From the human T2T-CHM13v2.0 reference genome, Homo sapiens: a stretch of 64,000 bases of DNA. Under the pieces are notes generated by a model. The model was not told the DNA's origin. It made no database searches and saw only the letters and a list, made by a program, of their open reading frames with translations. A program made the position numbers and the translations under genes. The first letter of the stretch is position 1. Each line of letters starts with the position of its first letter. The stretch lies in assembly GCF_009914755.1 (NCBI RefSeq), contig NC_060947.1, one strand, 5' to 3'. This document shows positions 48,204 through 63,149 of the stretch, piece after piece.

Positions 48204-50029
48204 TTAAGTTAACAAAAGATTAAGAGCCAAGAAATGGATTTTTGAATTTTAAAAAGGTGAAAAATGGCAGATAATAAAGCTATTAAAAGGAGTTTTGAAA
48301 AGCCTAGGAAACTTGAACTTTTGGATATTTTTCTTTTAATTTGGCAAGATAGGAATTTTTCAGTCAAAAAGAAAATTTTGTGGTAGAAGGACCTTCACAT
48401 CTTGAAATAGTCTTTCTCCTTTTTTCCCCCCTCTCTCTAGAAATCTGACCTATTCCTAAAGGCTCATCTTCTCTTACATGTTCCATGACCACTCTAGTCA
48501 ATGAAAATTACCTTGGTTTTTAGAGTTGCCTTCTCTTATATTTGACATTCAGCCCTAGGGCCTCTTTTATTTTTAACTTGCCTACAGTGGAGACTTCACC
48601 TTTTAATTAGGATTTACGAGCTTCATGCCTGTTGATATGGTCTCTCCAACTATCCATGTTTATCACCCAGTAGGAGCCAAATAAATGCTTGCAGTGTGCA
48701 TGAGAGTATTTCAGAGGACATAATGCAACTTTGCTTGAGGAACATGAATACCGAAGCTGTGTTGAGGGAAAGTGAACTTAAAACACATGGTTATATTCAC
48801 TAAAATAGTCAAATATTGAAAAAAGTAGTGTGCAGAGTTCTCTTTCTCCCCAATAGTTTTTAAAGAAATGTGGTGAACCAAAATTCTTTATTTTCATTTA
48901 TGAGAAATAAACCCATTTCCATAACTCACCGTTCATTTCAACACTTTCTTTCAATTTCACCTATGACTCAGACTTGGTTTATTTCTGGCAGCACGTTGTC
49001 TTTTAACTGAGAAGTGAAAAGAACTCAGAACAATGACTTTCCAACTCCTCTAGTCCTTCTATAATAGTCCTTAAGTGCTGAGAGATAGTCGTTTGTGTGT
49101 TCGCAGATTACATCATCCATTATACTGGCCCTGTCTTGGGATCCTTTTCTTCCTTTTGGAATTTGATAACTGACTTTCTTTAATTTCATTTGTAGAAATG
49201 CATCTTACCCATTTATCCCTTCCCCCTCATTCTCCCTTTGAAGCCATAGTGTCCCTGATTTTAGTGTGGGGGACTAGGGGTGGGTGGGAATTGATGCCTG
49301 CCTGGGGGTTTTTAAGTACCAGAAGCAACATTATTTCTATATTTTTTGTTCTGCCACTGAAAATGCCTCAGCCCACACATAACTAGTTCTGGTTCTCTTC
49401 CTGTTCCTCCGCCTACAGCATCCTCCCGCTCCTCTTCAGATGTCTTCCCCCCTTCACAGCAGGCCACTTTCCTTCACAGTTCCAGAATGGTTTCATTCAT
49501 CACTGTCACAGTCCCTGTCAATAGTAAACTCTGCCATCTTATCTATGGCCACCAGTAAATGAGTTTGCATTTAACATTTTAAAGAGTTTTCTTTGTTTCT
49601 GACATTCTCCACCCACTGATACTTGTACTTATGCGGCTTGCTGTCACCTTTTTTTTCCTGCCAGTTGGTTGGCAGGAACCAATCTCCCCCAGAAAATGCA
49701 AGAGGATTGTCCTGTCACTCAGAAAATCTTTCTAATCTTAATCTGACATTGGTTACAAGTGCTCACGTTCTTCTTTGGGTGAGAAAGACAGACTTAGGAA
49801 GAGGAACAATTTGAGAATTTGGCAGAGGTAGCTGAAAGTTGCAAATGATTAAATTGGACACTGGGAAATTTTGGATTTGACTTCCTGCCCTGGGCTGACC
49901 TGCTGTCAGTTCTGTGTAAATTACTTAGTCTATTTGTGTCCTTTTCTGTGCTATGGGGATGATGTTAATTTCTAAATTGGGATGGGAGGTAGGTAATGGA
50001 TACCACAATTTGAACTATTAAAGTATCAA

Positions 50030-50580
50030 CAATAATATTGTTTGTTGAAAGCTTGCTATGTGAAAAGGTGCTAGGTGATTTGTACCCACGATGTCTACTT
50101 CTCAAGACAACATTGAGCAACTTGGGGCCCAGAGTAATTCAGTGTCTTGCTCAAGATCACACAGCCCCAGCTTGTACGCAGTGGAACAAGAATTTGAACA
50201 TAGATCTGTCTGGTTCCAGAGTTCGCACATGTATGATGACTTTGTTACATAAGACCAGAGTAGTACTGAGCACAATTGGGTGTTCTCAGTGATTTGTGTC
50301 TCGCCCTGCCTTGGTCTCCTTCAGGATATCAACTGATGTTGGGTTTGTGTGTGACTAATAGTGTCAGTGTTTGAATTTCAGTTCGGCCATTTGCCAGCTA
50401 CATAACTTTGGGCAAGTTATTTAGTCACTCTGTGCCTATTATCCACATCTATAAAATGGGCTGATAAAGGATGATAAAAACATTTACCCCATAGATTTGT
50501 TGTGAGTCTTGACAAGTAAACACATATAAACAACTTTTGTTTAACATATTGTAACCCCTCAACGATCGTTATCTATCATC
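50030..50580. mobile_element. Two MIR fragments in opposite orientations
   Basis: 'gtcttgctcaagatcacacagc' (-) and 'actttgggcaagttatttagtcactctgtgcct...ataaaatggg' (+). Confidence 0.65.
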
Positions 50581-50674
50581 ATTCTCAGCTGCAGCATTAT
50601 TTCCCTACAGTGCTTCTCTGCAGACCTGTTCTGACTGGCTGTTCGACCATGCTCCAGATGGATTCTTCCTTTTA

Positions 50675-50677
<3 letters not shown>

Positions 50678-50719
<42 letters not shown>
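50678..50719. repeat. (GT)n microsatellite
   Basis: About 21 GT units. Confidence 0.95.
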
Positions 50720-50721
<2 letters not shown>

Positions 50722-51057
50722 CAACTTGTTCAGTTTTTTTTTTTTTTTAATATTAGAGCCCCACTCTCTACCTTCCAAGGTGACTGACCCTTCCAGGATA
50801 AATTAACTCATTCTGTGATATTAGTAGTAGATGATTTATTCTTGACTAGAATTTCTGTTGACATGATTCTTTAACCCCAAGACGTAAAATCATTTAGTGC
50901 AGATTGCAGGGATGGGGTGGGTTGGGTTGTGGTGTAGTTTGGACTATAGCACGTTTTCTTCAAATAGAGCAGGGCCACTTTTTTCTCTTTTATGCATACA
51001 TTCAATTTCCTGGTAAATTTTTTATTTGAATGATAATAATAGCAAGCACCTACATAA

Positions 51058-51506
<449 letters not shown>

Positions 51507-51892
51507 TAACTTGTTCAAGATTGCACAGCTAGGAAGTGGTAAAACTGGGATTTGAGCTCAGACAGTGCCCTTAACTAGTACAGTATATTGAATCTAACTG
51601 AAGAAAGGGTTGCCCGGGCATTTTGGTAAGTTTGAAAACCACTTATATTTATATTGGAAATTTAGGGCACAAACCTGTGCAAAGGTTGGGTGATGTCAGA
51701 AAGGTGTCAGCCTGAGATTGTAGTTTTGATTTTTTCAACATTTCTATATTTTTAATTGTTCCAACATTTTATTTACTTTTTAGTAACTGACCTGTAATTT
51801 TCAAACACTTCTCACCATCAGGTGGTAGAAGACAGTTGTAAGTCATGTGATTCATAAAGCTTCAAGCAGATATCAAAATGCCTACATATGTC

Positions 51893-52472
51893 TTTTTTTA
51901 ATTTCAACTTTTATTTTAGATACAGGGATACATGTGCAGGTTTGTTACATGGGAAGATTGCGTGATGCTGAGGTTTGGAGTATGGATCCCACCACCCGGG
52001 TAGTGAGCATAATATCTGGTAAGTAGTTTTTTTTTAACTCACCCCTCCTCCCTCCACTCTCCAGTAGTCCACAGTGTCTATTGGTCCCATATTTATGTCC
52101 ATGTGTGCTAAATATTTAGCTCCCACTTCTAAGTGAGAACGTGTGGTATTTGGTTTTCTGTTCCTGCATTAATTTGCTTAGGATTATGGCCTCCAGTTCC
52201 ATCCATGTTGCTGCAAAAGACATTATTCCATTTTTTTAATAATTACATGGTATTGCATGGTACATATATACTGCATTTTCTTTATCCAATCTACCATTGA
52301 TGGGCACCTGGGTTGATTCCGTTTCTTTGCTATTGTGAATAGTGCAGCGATACATATACAAGTGCATGTGTCTTTTTGATAAGAATGATCTATTTTTCTT
52401 TGGGTATATACCCAGTAATAGGATTGTTGGGTTGAATGGTAGCTCTGTTTTAAGTTCTTTGAGAAATTTCTG
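51893..52472 (-). mobile_element. L1PA15/16 or L1PB-type 3' end
   Basis: L1 3'UTR and ORF2 end; TSD tacata(t/c)gtctttt. Confidence 0.9.
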
Positions 52473-52854
52473 ATACATACGTCTTTTATTTAAAATATTC
52501 TATTTATTAACATAAGAAGCTCTTAATAATATGGACCTTAATGTTTTCAGAACTCCTTATGGAACAAAATCAACGTGTCTGATAAATAATCTCTAAAAAC
52601 CATGTCATACAGAAAAATGGTTGAAAGAGTAAGGTTGTTTCACCTACAGTGAGAAGGCTTATGGAGATGAGATAACTGTCTTTAAATATTTAAGCATCAA
52701 AATGTTTGTCATGAGGAGGTGGAAGTGGGCTTGCTTTCTTTGGACTGAAGGACTGAGCTAGGATTCATATGTAACCCCATATGTAAAAGTTATAAAGATA
52801 GCAAATTTTGGCTGATTATAAGGGAGGGTTTTCATAAAGGTTTTTCTCTCAAAA

Positions 52855-52969
52855 AGTTTTTATTGATACACAATAGATGTACATATTTTTGGAGTACATG
52901 TGACATTTTGATACATTTATGCAATGTGTAATGATTGACTATTGTATATTTCAAAATATCCAGAAGAGA
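52855..52969 (-). mobile_element. Tiny L1MA 3' insertion with an inverted 5' segment
   Basis: Antisense L1MA terminus followed by sense 'tattgtatatttcaaaatatccagaagaga'. Confidence 0.65.
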
Positions 52970-54664
52970 ATAAGGAGCTTTTTAATGACACAAAATTTCT
53001 TACAATTTTTAAAATTGTGACTAAAATACACTTGGGGAAATAAAATTTTTTGAGCGATGGCTATCAAGCAAGTCTTCATATATATATTTTCTTAGTTTTT
53101 ATTAATATTAAATGTGTTCTTTCAAATTGTTAAAACTTGGCTCTAGTAGTGAGTGGTCTCTTCTGTACACACACCACTTACTGAATACTTACTATGTCTC
53201 AGGTCTGACTTATTTGAGCTTTGGATCCCTACTCCTTAGAAAACCTCTAGCTTTTCACCATAGCTGTTTCTATCATCAGTGACTTAATGCCCTCCTTCAG
53301 GTGGCCCTCTTATATGTGCTACTTTGCCTTCTGATTTAACCTGAAAAACCCAAGAGACTCAACCATTAGACCTGTCAGAACACTAAAATTCCACATCTCC
53401 TCATCAAGAGAAGGGAAAACATCTATCTTATTCTCTTGGCTGGTTGAATAAGCTTCCTAGTATGCAACATTTTTCCTGAGAAATTACTCTAAAATGAAGA
53501 CAGAGAGGATTATAAGATGACAGAATCTTGTAATGCAGAAATTGGAACAAAATTTGAACCTTTAAAAATCACAGGGTGAACCTTGGTGTGTAGTCTAAAA
53601 TCACTTCTAGGTATTTTCCTATTTTGCCCTTTCAGACTCAGGCAAAAGGTATTATCACTATATTGAGAAGCATAGGTTTGTTAAATAAAGAACTCTCTTG
53701 TTTCTATGAGGAAAGCAAACTTCAGTAAGAGCTCTTCAAATATTTTTTTCAAGACAATGCTGAGACAGAGTTGGGGTAAAAGATGCTATTTTATCTGCTG
53801 TCTGCTGGTAGTACCATATAGTCTCTCATTTAAAATTCATCAAATGTCAGTGTCCCATGACAGATGAAAAACACTGATGAAATACTTGGAAAGCGATGGT
53901 ATCTGGTGTGTCAGATTCAAACCTAGTGAGATTTTTAAAGAATTTAAGAAGTATTCTTAGAAGTATATAATCATTTCTTGGTTGAGGACTGCTTAATATA
54001 ATGCAGATTATATTAGGAACCAAGCTACCTCCTCCCCACCCTATCCTCAGTTTTCTGTTATTTTCTTATTTCATAAGCATGGTTAAATATTATGTTTCTC
54101 TAGACTCGTGTTAGACAGGAAGAAGAGATGTGTCATCATGTTTTGACTAACATGAGGGATGGATAACAAAGATAAATTAATCTTTCAAAGCAGGCTCCAT
54201 TTTATTGAGGGTTCAATCTAACTATAAACCTTACTTGGTGCTGTTAAACAAAAGTTCACATTTTTCTATTTGGAGTTAACACCTTTTGTTGCTCTGACTA
54301 CTGTCTAGTCTGCGAGCTAAGGAGCCAGGATCAAGTCAGGGAAGAAGCTTAGAGCCCATCTAATATCTGATTGGCCCAGCCTCTCTTGAATACACGAGAA
54401 ATAACTAAAGAATCCATAGAGAGCTGCATTAAAGGAAAGATAACTGTATTTTTTTAAATCACTGTTTGCAAACCGAGGATGGGAAAATAGGGGAATTGTT
54501 ATAACCGCTGCAAAAAAATGGTATTGCATTTTTTACCTAAGTCAGTCAGTTGAGAGAAGCCAGCTGCTTCTCAACTACTTTCATTCTTTTCTGCACTTTT
54601 CATAAGGAAACCTCTATTAACCTGAATGCTGGTATGTAGGAAGAAGGAAAGCATGAAAGGTTCT

Positions 54665-54774
54665 GATTAGGAGGATTTTTAGGACATGTAAATTCTTTTT
54701 TTCTCTCTCTCTTTTGGTGGATTAGGAGGATTTTTAGGACATGTAAATTCTTTTTTTTTCCTCTCTCTTTTGGT
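54665..54774. repeat. 55-bp tandem duplication
   Basis: gattaggaggatttttaggacatgtaaattc(t)n...ctctcttttggt twice. Confidence 0.95.
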
Positions 54775-54809
54775 AAAAATATTTTCAAAACATTGGAATA
54801 AGAATAACT

Positions 54810-55000
54810 ACTACGTATTGAGACCCACCTGGATCAGTGCTTACTTTATACCTGCCCTGGGTGGTAGCTGGTATATATTATCCTGCTTATACAGACGAGA
54901 AATCTGAGATTCAGAGAGCTTAAATAAATTTTCCAAGGCCACTCAACAAGGAAATAGAACACAAGGGATGAAATCCAAAGCCTTTTGCCCTTGCTCTGCC
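54810..55000 (-). mobile_element. MIR
   Basis: 'acagacgagaaatctgagattcagagagcttaaataaattttccaaggccac'. Confidence 0.7.
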
Positions 55001-55654
55001 AAATTTACCACGCGAGGATCATGTTAAGCCTTAGGACTTCATTTTGGTGTCAGCAACCACCTCAGTGTTGGGGTTATTGTTCCCCACTTGACCGTCTTCT
55101 ACAATAAAGTCCTCTAATAGAGACTGTTTATTAAGTGGTGGTTGATGCCTAGAAGAGACAGGAGTCAAGATGGTTGTTTTGGGGCATTATAATCTAATAG
55201 GAGGAACAGGAAACATTTTAAGTCTTTTTTAAAAAAATCACCGTGCTCTGTCAATACACAAGAGAAAATCTCCACACAGGTACGACAGAATTTCTCGGTA
55301 GGTGTGCAAGTTCTACTGTATAAAGGTTCAATAATTACTCAAAGATAAACATCATTTCAGGGTGTTGGAAACAGGAATCAATTTCACTAAGAAGTCATGT
55401 CCTTCTGCAGGAAATACCATGAGAATACTCAGAGTCTCCCCAGTGCTAGCCAATGTCCTAATTTTTGTACAATCTGTGATGTATCTCAGTTACCAGATAA
55501 ATTTAGACTGACACAGTAGAAATGTTCCTGAGAAGTTAACTGGTGAATACCAATTTTTTTTTTTTCTCAAATGAATTATTTTTAACGTGTGCTTATGGAG
55601 CTATTATAAAAATCCTGTGATTGATCTCTTTTAAAACAAAGCAAGCATACCCCA

Positions 55655-55971
55655 GTTTTTTTTTTTTTTGTTTTTTTTTTTTTTGAGATGGAGACTCACT
55701 CGGTTGCCCAGGCTGGAGTGCAGTGCAGTGGCGCGATCTCAGCTCGCTGCAACATCCGCTTCCCGGGTTCAAGCAATTCTCCTGCCTCAGCCTCCCGAGT
55801 AGCTGATATGACAGGCACCTGCCACCATGCCCGGCTATTTGTTTGTATTTTAGTAGAGACGGGGTTTCACCGTGTTAGCCAATCTGGTCTCAAACTCCTG
55901 AGCTTAGGCAATCCGCCTGCCTTGGACTCCCAAAATGCTAGGATTATAGGTATGAGCCACCGCGCCCGGCC
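55655..55971 (-). mobile_element. Alu (AluS)
   Basis: Antisense dimer with long T-tail. Confidence 0.93.
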
Positions 55972-57082
55972 TTGAGTTGTTTGTGTGTTTGTTTTTTATC
56001 TATTAAACAGCTTGAAGTGGAGCAGATCAACACACACAAACTCTGGACAGCTCCTCAATTTATTGTAATAGGGTTTAAACTTTATTTCAGACTATAGTCA
56101 CAAATGCCAAGGGGCTGTGGAGAAAAGAGGGACAAAGTTTCCTGGGAGAGGCTGTCTTCCCTCAGCGATGTGAACAGTACAGCTTGTCTGTTTCCCCCTT
56201 AATGGCAGGTGGGGATACTCAGCACTATACTAATGAAGGAGATACTGTTTTCCCCTAAATGAGAAATGGCAGGTGAGGTAGCTTTTGGTGTATTATGGAT
56301 TTCTGAGAAATACTATAGGGATTCTGATTTTAATTCAGTCAGTTCAGATTCATGAAGCATTTTGTGTTTAAAAATATAGTGCAGAGTTTCTGAGTAGGAT
56401 GTGCTAGAGGAAGGAGTGTGTTTTAGATCTGGTTTACAGGGGAATTCTTGAGGGGAATCCTTTAGTAAAACTGTAGAAAGACACTTCTTTACTGGAATCA
56501 TACATTTTAGTGGTTACCTTTGGTAATTGTGGGTCAAGGCTGAATCCTTAGTTGTCTGCCTTTATAATTGTAAGGGAATTCAGGTTTCCATTTTTGTTTT
56601 CATGGCCATTTACAAATATTAATACACTGATACAACAAAAGAGAAATAACTAAATGAGATTAAATGTATTGCATTTTACTTAATTATGTACTGACAAAAA
56701 AGTATAATAAAGGATCCTGGCTGCAGAACTATGTAGTAATACTTAAGTTTTACATCTTTCAAGCATTTCACAGATAATAATTTCCATAGCAATACAGTGG
56801 AAGAAGTAAATATTATTTCTATAGATAGGCAGATCCCAGCAAAATGTGACCAAGGGATCTAGGTGTAGTTTTCAAAATTCGCATCTGGCCTTTTGGGCAT
56901 ATCTGGTAAAGCATCAGCTTATGTGTTTAGCAGGGAAAAAGCAATCATTAAATTCTCTAAAGTTAACCATTTGTTTTAAGGGGGAGATAGGATTCTTCAA
57001 AGCAATCCATTTAGAAGGAAACAAAAGTATGTCTGATTTTTAAAAAATGTGTTAGTTTTTTAATGAAAACCATATGTTTAGC

Positions 57083-57304
57083 ATTGAGTTAGCAAACTAC
57101 AGTCTGTGAATCAATCCTGGGTGCCACCTGTTTTTGAATAAAGTTTTATTGGACCACAGTTACCCATTCATTTCTGTATTGTCTGTGGCTAATTTCATGC
57201 TACAATGGTAGAGTTAAGTAGTTCTAACAGAGACTGTATGACCTGTGAAACCTAAAATATTTACTTATATCTAGCTATTTACAGAAAAACTTTACTTATA
57301 CCTG
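57083..57304 (+). mobile_element. MER58A hAT MITE
   Basis: 'gcaaactacag...aataaagttttattggaccacag...gctacaatggtagagttaagtagt...cctaaaatatttact'. Confidence 0.8.
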
Positions 57305-57654
57305 ATATATAGTATTTCATAGAAGAATACATGCTGAGACAGCATTATTTGATATTCCTTGTAAATAATGCATTATTTTTTACTGTAAGAAATAATACTC
57401 CTCACACAAGTACCTAACTTTTATTGAGGAATTATCTGTTCCAGATATTTTACTATGTTCCTTACATACAGCGAGTTTAATTTTTACAATTATGATTCAG
57501 AAATAGACACTGTCAATATTTTCATTTTATAGATGATGAAATTAATGTTTAGAGAACTTGACTACCTTGATACTTTTATGAGAGGTGCCAAAAGATTGAA
57601 TGACTCATTTAAAGTCATATAGTTAGTGGTGGAGCCAAAATTCAAACCCAGAGT

Positions 57655-59950
57655 TCTTTTTTATATTGTGGTAAAATATATGTAACAATATTATTTTAAC
57701 CATTCATAAGTGTACAATTCAGTGCCATTAAATATATTCATGACGTATAGCTGTCACCACTATCTAAACCCCAGACTTTTTCATCATTTCCAACAAAACC
57801 TCTGTACTCATTAAATAACTCTTCCTTTCCACCTTCCCTCAGATACTGATAACCTGTCTCACACTTTCTGTCCCTATTAATCTGCATATTCTAGGTATTT
57901 CATGCAAGTAGAATGACAAAATATTGTCCTTCTGTGTATCACTTATTTCACTAAGCATAATAATTGCAAGATCTATACATGTTATAGCATATATTAAAAT
58001 ACTATTCTTTCTTATGGCTGAATAATATTCCATTGTATGTATCATATTTTGTTTATCCATTTGTCTGTTGTTAGACACTTAGGTTGTTTCCGCCTTTTGG
58101 ATATTGTAAATAACGAACACTGGGGTACACATATCTGTTTCAGTACCTGCTTTCAATTCTTTTGGCTATATACCTAGGAGTGGAATTGTAGGATCATATA
58201 ATAGTTCTATGTTTAACCTTTGAAAAACTACCAAACTTTTTTTCAAAGTGGTTGCACCATTTTACATTCTCACTAGCAAGTGTAAGGATTAATTTCCCCA
58301 TACCCTAACCCACATTAATTTAAAAATTTAAAATTATGGCCATCCTGGGAGTGGAGGTAAAGTGGTATTTTGTTGTGGTTTTGCTTTCTATTTTCCTGAT
58401 GACTAATGATGTTGAGCGTGGTTTCATGTAACTATTGACTGTTTGTATACTTTCTTTGGAAAGATGTCTTCAAGTTCTTTGTCCACTTTTTAATCAGTTT
58501 TTTTGTTGTTGTTGATTTTTAGGAATTCCTTATATTCTGGATATTAATCCCTTAGCAAATATATGATTTGCATATATTTTCTAGTAAATTAGTAGATTTA
58601 GTTCTCTTGATAGTGTGTTTTCATGGATAAAAGTTTTAATTTATCTATTTTTTTCTTTTTTTGCTTGTGCTTTTGGTGTCAGATCTATGAAGCTGTTACC
58701 AAATCCAATGTCATGAAGATTTTCTCTAATGTTTTATTCTAAGAATTTTATAGGTTTAGCTGTTAAGTTTGGGTCTCTGATCCATTTTGAGTTAATTTTT
58801 GTATATGGTGTAATGTCCAACTCATTTTTTGGCATGTGGATGTCCAGTGTTCCCAGCACTATTTATTGAAAATACTATCCTTTCCCCATTGAATGATCTT
58901 GGTATCCCTTTAAAAAATCAATTAAAACCAGATGTGGTAGCTCACAGCTGTAATCCCAGCATTTTGGGAGGCTGAGAGGGAGGATTGCTTGAGCCTGGGA
59001 GGTTGAAGCTGCAGTGAGCCATGTTGCACTCTAGACTAAGCAGCTATGCAAGACCCTGTATCCTCCCAAAAATTAACTGATCAGAGATGTGACTGTTTAT
59101 TTTTGGACTCTCTGTTCTATTCTATTGATCTGTATGCCTGCCCTCATGCCAGTAACATAGTGTTTTAATTATTGTAGCTTTGTAGTAAGTTTAGAAGTCG
59201 AGAATTGTGAGGCCCCCATCTTTGGTCTTTTTCAAGATATTTTTTGGTTATTCAGGCCCCCTTGAAATTTGATGTGAATTTGAGGATAAGCTTTTCCACT
59301 TCTGCAAAAAATATTCTTGAGATTTTCATAGAGATTTAAGTGAATCTGTATATCACTTTGGATAGTACTAGTGTCTTACAAATGTCAAGTCTTCCTATTC
59401 ATGAACACGCATGTCTATTTCTGTAATGGAATTTAAAGACTTAAAAATAAAATCTTCATTTTTTTCAGCATTATTTTGTAGTTTTCATTGAATAAGACTT
59501 TCGCTTTCTTGATTAGATTTATTCCTAAGTATTTTAATTTTTAAGATGCTACTGTAAATAGACATGCTTTCCAATTTTCTTTTTGGATTATTCATTGCTG
59601 CTGTATAGAAACATGATTGATTTTTCTATGTTCATATTGTTCCCTGTAACTATATTGAATTTATTAGCTTGCGGTAGCTTTTTTATATGTGGATTCTTCG
59701 GGATTTTCTATATATTTAATTATGTCATCTGTGAATAGACATTGTTTTACTTTTTCCTTTCCAATTTGGATACTTTCGTATCTTTTTCTTGTGTAATAGT
59801 TCTGTCTAGAACTTTCAACACTATTTTGAATAGCAGTGGTAAAAGCAGGCATCCTTGTTTTGTTTCTGATTGTAGAGATAATTCTTTCAGTCTTTCACCA
59901 TTTAGGATGATGTTAACTGTGGGTTTTTCATGATACTCTTCATCATGTTG
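57655..59950 (-). mobile_element. L1MB-type LINE fragment (about 2.3 kb)
   Basis: Continuous antisense L1 3'UTR/ORF2; ORF-track remnants such as IQIGKEKVKQCLFTDDII and HTMEYYSAIRKN. Confidence 0.85.
58927..59072 (+). mobile_element. Alu monomer (FLAM/FRAM-like) in L1
   Basis: 'tgtaatcccagcattttgggaggctgagagggaggattgcttgagcctggg'. Confidence 0.75.
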
Positions 59951-60188
59951 AGAATTTGGATATTTAGATTCATGTTTTTCTTTAAATTTTGGAAGTTTTC
60001 AGCCATTATTTTTTCCAATATTCATATTTCCTCTTTCTTATTTTAGGATTCCCACAATGCATATGTTCATCCACTAAGTGGTGTCCCACAAATCTCTTAA
60101 GTTCTTCATACTCTGCCATCTTCCCTGCCATTATCCTCCAAACCAGACTTCTCAAATGTGGGCACCTATTCTCTCTCTTTTTTCCTTT

Positions 60189-60400
60189 TATATATATATA
60201 TATACACACACATATATAATATATGTATATATATTACATATATAATATATGTATATATATTACATATATACATATGTAATATATTGTAATATATATGTAA
60301 TATACATATGTAATATATACATAATATACATATGTAATATAATATATGTATATATATTACATATATACATATACATACACACATATACATATATATTTAT
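60189..60400. repeat. AT-rich (TA)n/(TATG)n low-complexity repeat
   Basis: About 210 bp of alternating TA with repeated 'atataatatatgtatatatattacat' blocks. Confidence 0.9.
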
Positions 60401-60744
60401 TATTTTTAGAATATGAAAGTTATATATTTTTATTAAAAAAATATTAAAACCTGAATGTGGGAAGGAAGTTCATTTACCCCCAAATGAGCAGTTTGTGAAT
60501 ATTTATATATATAATTTTTTGCATGTCCTATTTTAAAACAAAAGTGGAATAACACTACATGCATTTTTAAGTTACTGTCCTTTTTTACCCAATTTTAAGC
60601 ACATGTTGTACAGCATTGCAAATTAAGCCAATTTTTTCTATGGAGTGATACTAATATGACTGGCTACTACAATTTTTTTCTTTTTAATTGTACAATTCAC
60701 TGGTTTATAGTATATTTACAGAGTCATGCAACCATCACCACAAT

Positions 60745-61052
60745 TGTTTTAGTCTGTTTTATGCTGATATAACAGAATACGATAGAATGCATAATTTCTA
60801 AGGAACAGAAATTTATTTCTCACATTCTGGAGGCTGGGAAGTCCAAGATCAAGAGAGCTGCATATGGTGAGGTCTTTCTTGCTGCACCCTCACACAGTAA
60901 AAGGTGAAAGGGCAAGAGAGAATGAAACTAGTCTCGCAGAAACTTTTTTTTAGTGGCATTGATTTATTCATGATGCCTCTCATTAGGCCTCACCTCCCAA
61001 CATTGCTGCATTGGGGATTAAGTTTCCAACATATGAATTTTGGAGGGACACA
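60745..61052 (-). mobile_element. MST-type MaLR LTR
   Basis: 'tgttttagtctgttttatgctg...ggaggctgggaagtccaagatcaag...gcattggggattaagtttccaacatatgaattttggagggaca'. Confidence 0.8.
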
Positions 61053-61788
61053 TAATCAATTTTAGAACATTGTCTTCACCTCCCCCATAAAACCCATATC
61101 CATAAACATTTACTCCCCTTTTTCCTCCAACCTCTACAGCCCTAGTCAAACACTAATATACTTTCCTTCTCTATAGAATATACTTTCCTTCTTTATAGGC
61201 ATTGTAAATAAATTTAATCATATAATACATAGTCTTTTGTGACTCATTTCTTTCATATATAATAATTGTTTAAATCTCATTCATGTTATAATATGTATCA
61301 GTACTCCATTCCTTTTTGTGGCTGAATAATATTCCATTCTAACTATATACCTTTGTTTATCCATTCATCAGTTGATGGACATTTGGATTGTGTCTACCTT
61401 TTGCTATCATGAATAATGCTGCTGTGAATATTTGTATACAAGTTTTTATGTGGACATATGTTTTCATTCCCTTCCATACTTAGGAGTAGAATTGCTGGTG
61501 TATGTGCTCACTTAATATTTAACATTTTCAGAAACTTCTAAACTGCTTTACAAAGTAACCGTGCCATTTTATATATTCAACTGCCATATATAAGAGTCCT
61601 AATTTCCCTCACATTTTTGTCAACTGTTGTTATCTGCCTTTTTTATTATAACCATTTCTAGTAGATGTGAAGTGGTTTTGATTTATATTTCCCTAATGAC
61701 TACTGATGATGAGCATCTTTTCATGTGCTTATTTGTGACTTGTGTATATTCTTTGGAGAAATACTTATTCAATACTTTGTCTATTTTC

Positions 61789-62466
<678 letters not shown>

Positions 62467-63149
62467 TACTTTGTTTATTTTCACATTGGGTTGTTAATCT
62501 TTTATTATTGTGTTATAAGAATTCTTTGTATATTCTAGATACAAGTCCCTTATCAGGCATATAATCTACAAATATTTTCTTCCATTTTTTGTCTTTTCTC
62601 TTTTTTGATAATGCTCTTTGATGCACAGTGGTTTTAAATTCTAATTAAGTAATATTTGTCTATATTTTCTTTGGTTGCTTGTGTTTTGAGTGTTATATAT
62701 AAGGAACCGTTTCCTAATTCAAAGTACTGGAGATTTACTCCTATGTTTTTACTAAGACTTTTTATAGTTTCAGCTGTTATATTTAGGTTTATGGTCCATT
62801 TTAAGTTTTTATATGCAGCGTGAGATAGCAGTCCAACTTCACTTTTTTGCACATGCATATCTAGTCTTTCCACCACTGTTCGTTGAAAACTCTGTTGTTT
62901 TCCTCATTGATTTGTCGTAGCACCCTTGTTGCAAATCCATTTACCATGAATATAATGTTTTATTTCTGGACTCTCAATTCTGTTCTATTGATTTATATAT
63001 GCCTATCTTTATGTTAATGTAACATTGTCTTTATTTAGCTTTTAAAAAATTTTTCATCCATTTTATTCCACTTTGCACACATAGTATTTTCAGAATAATA
63101 ATGCTAACACTACCACCTACTATATAATTACTAAAAAGAGTTTAAGAGG

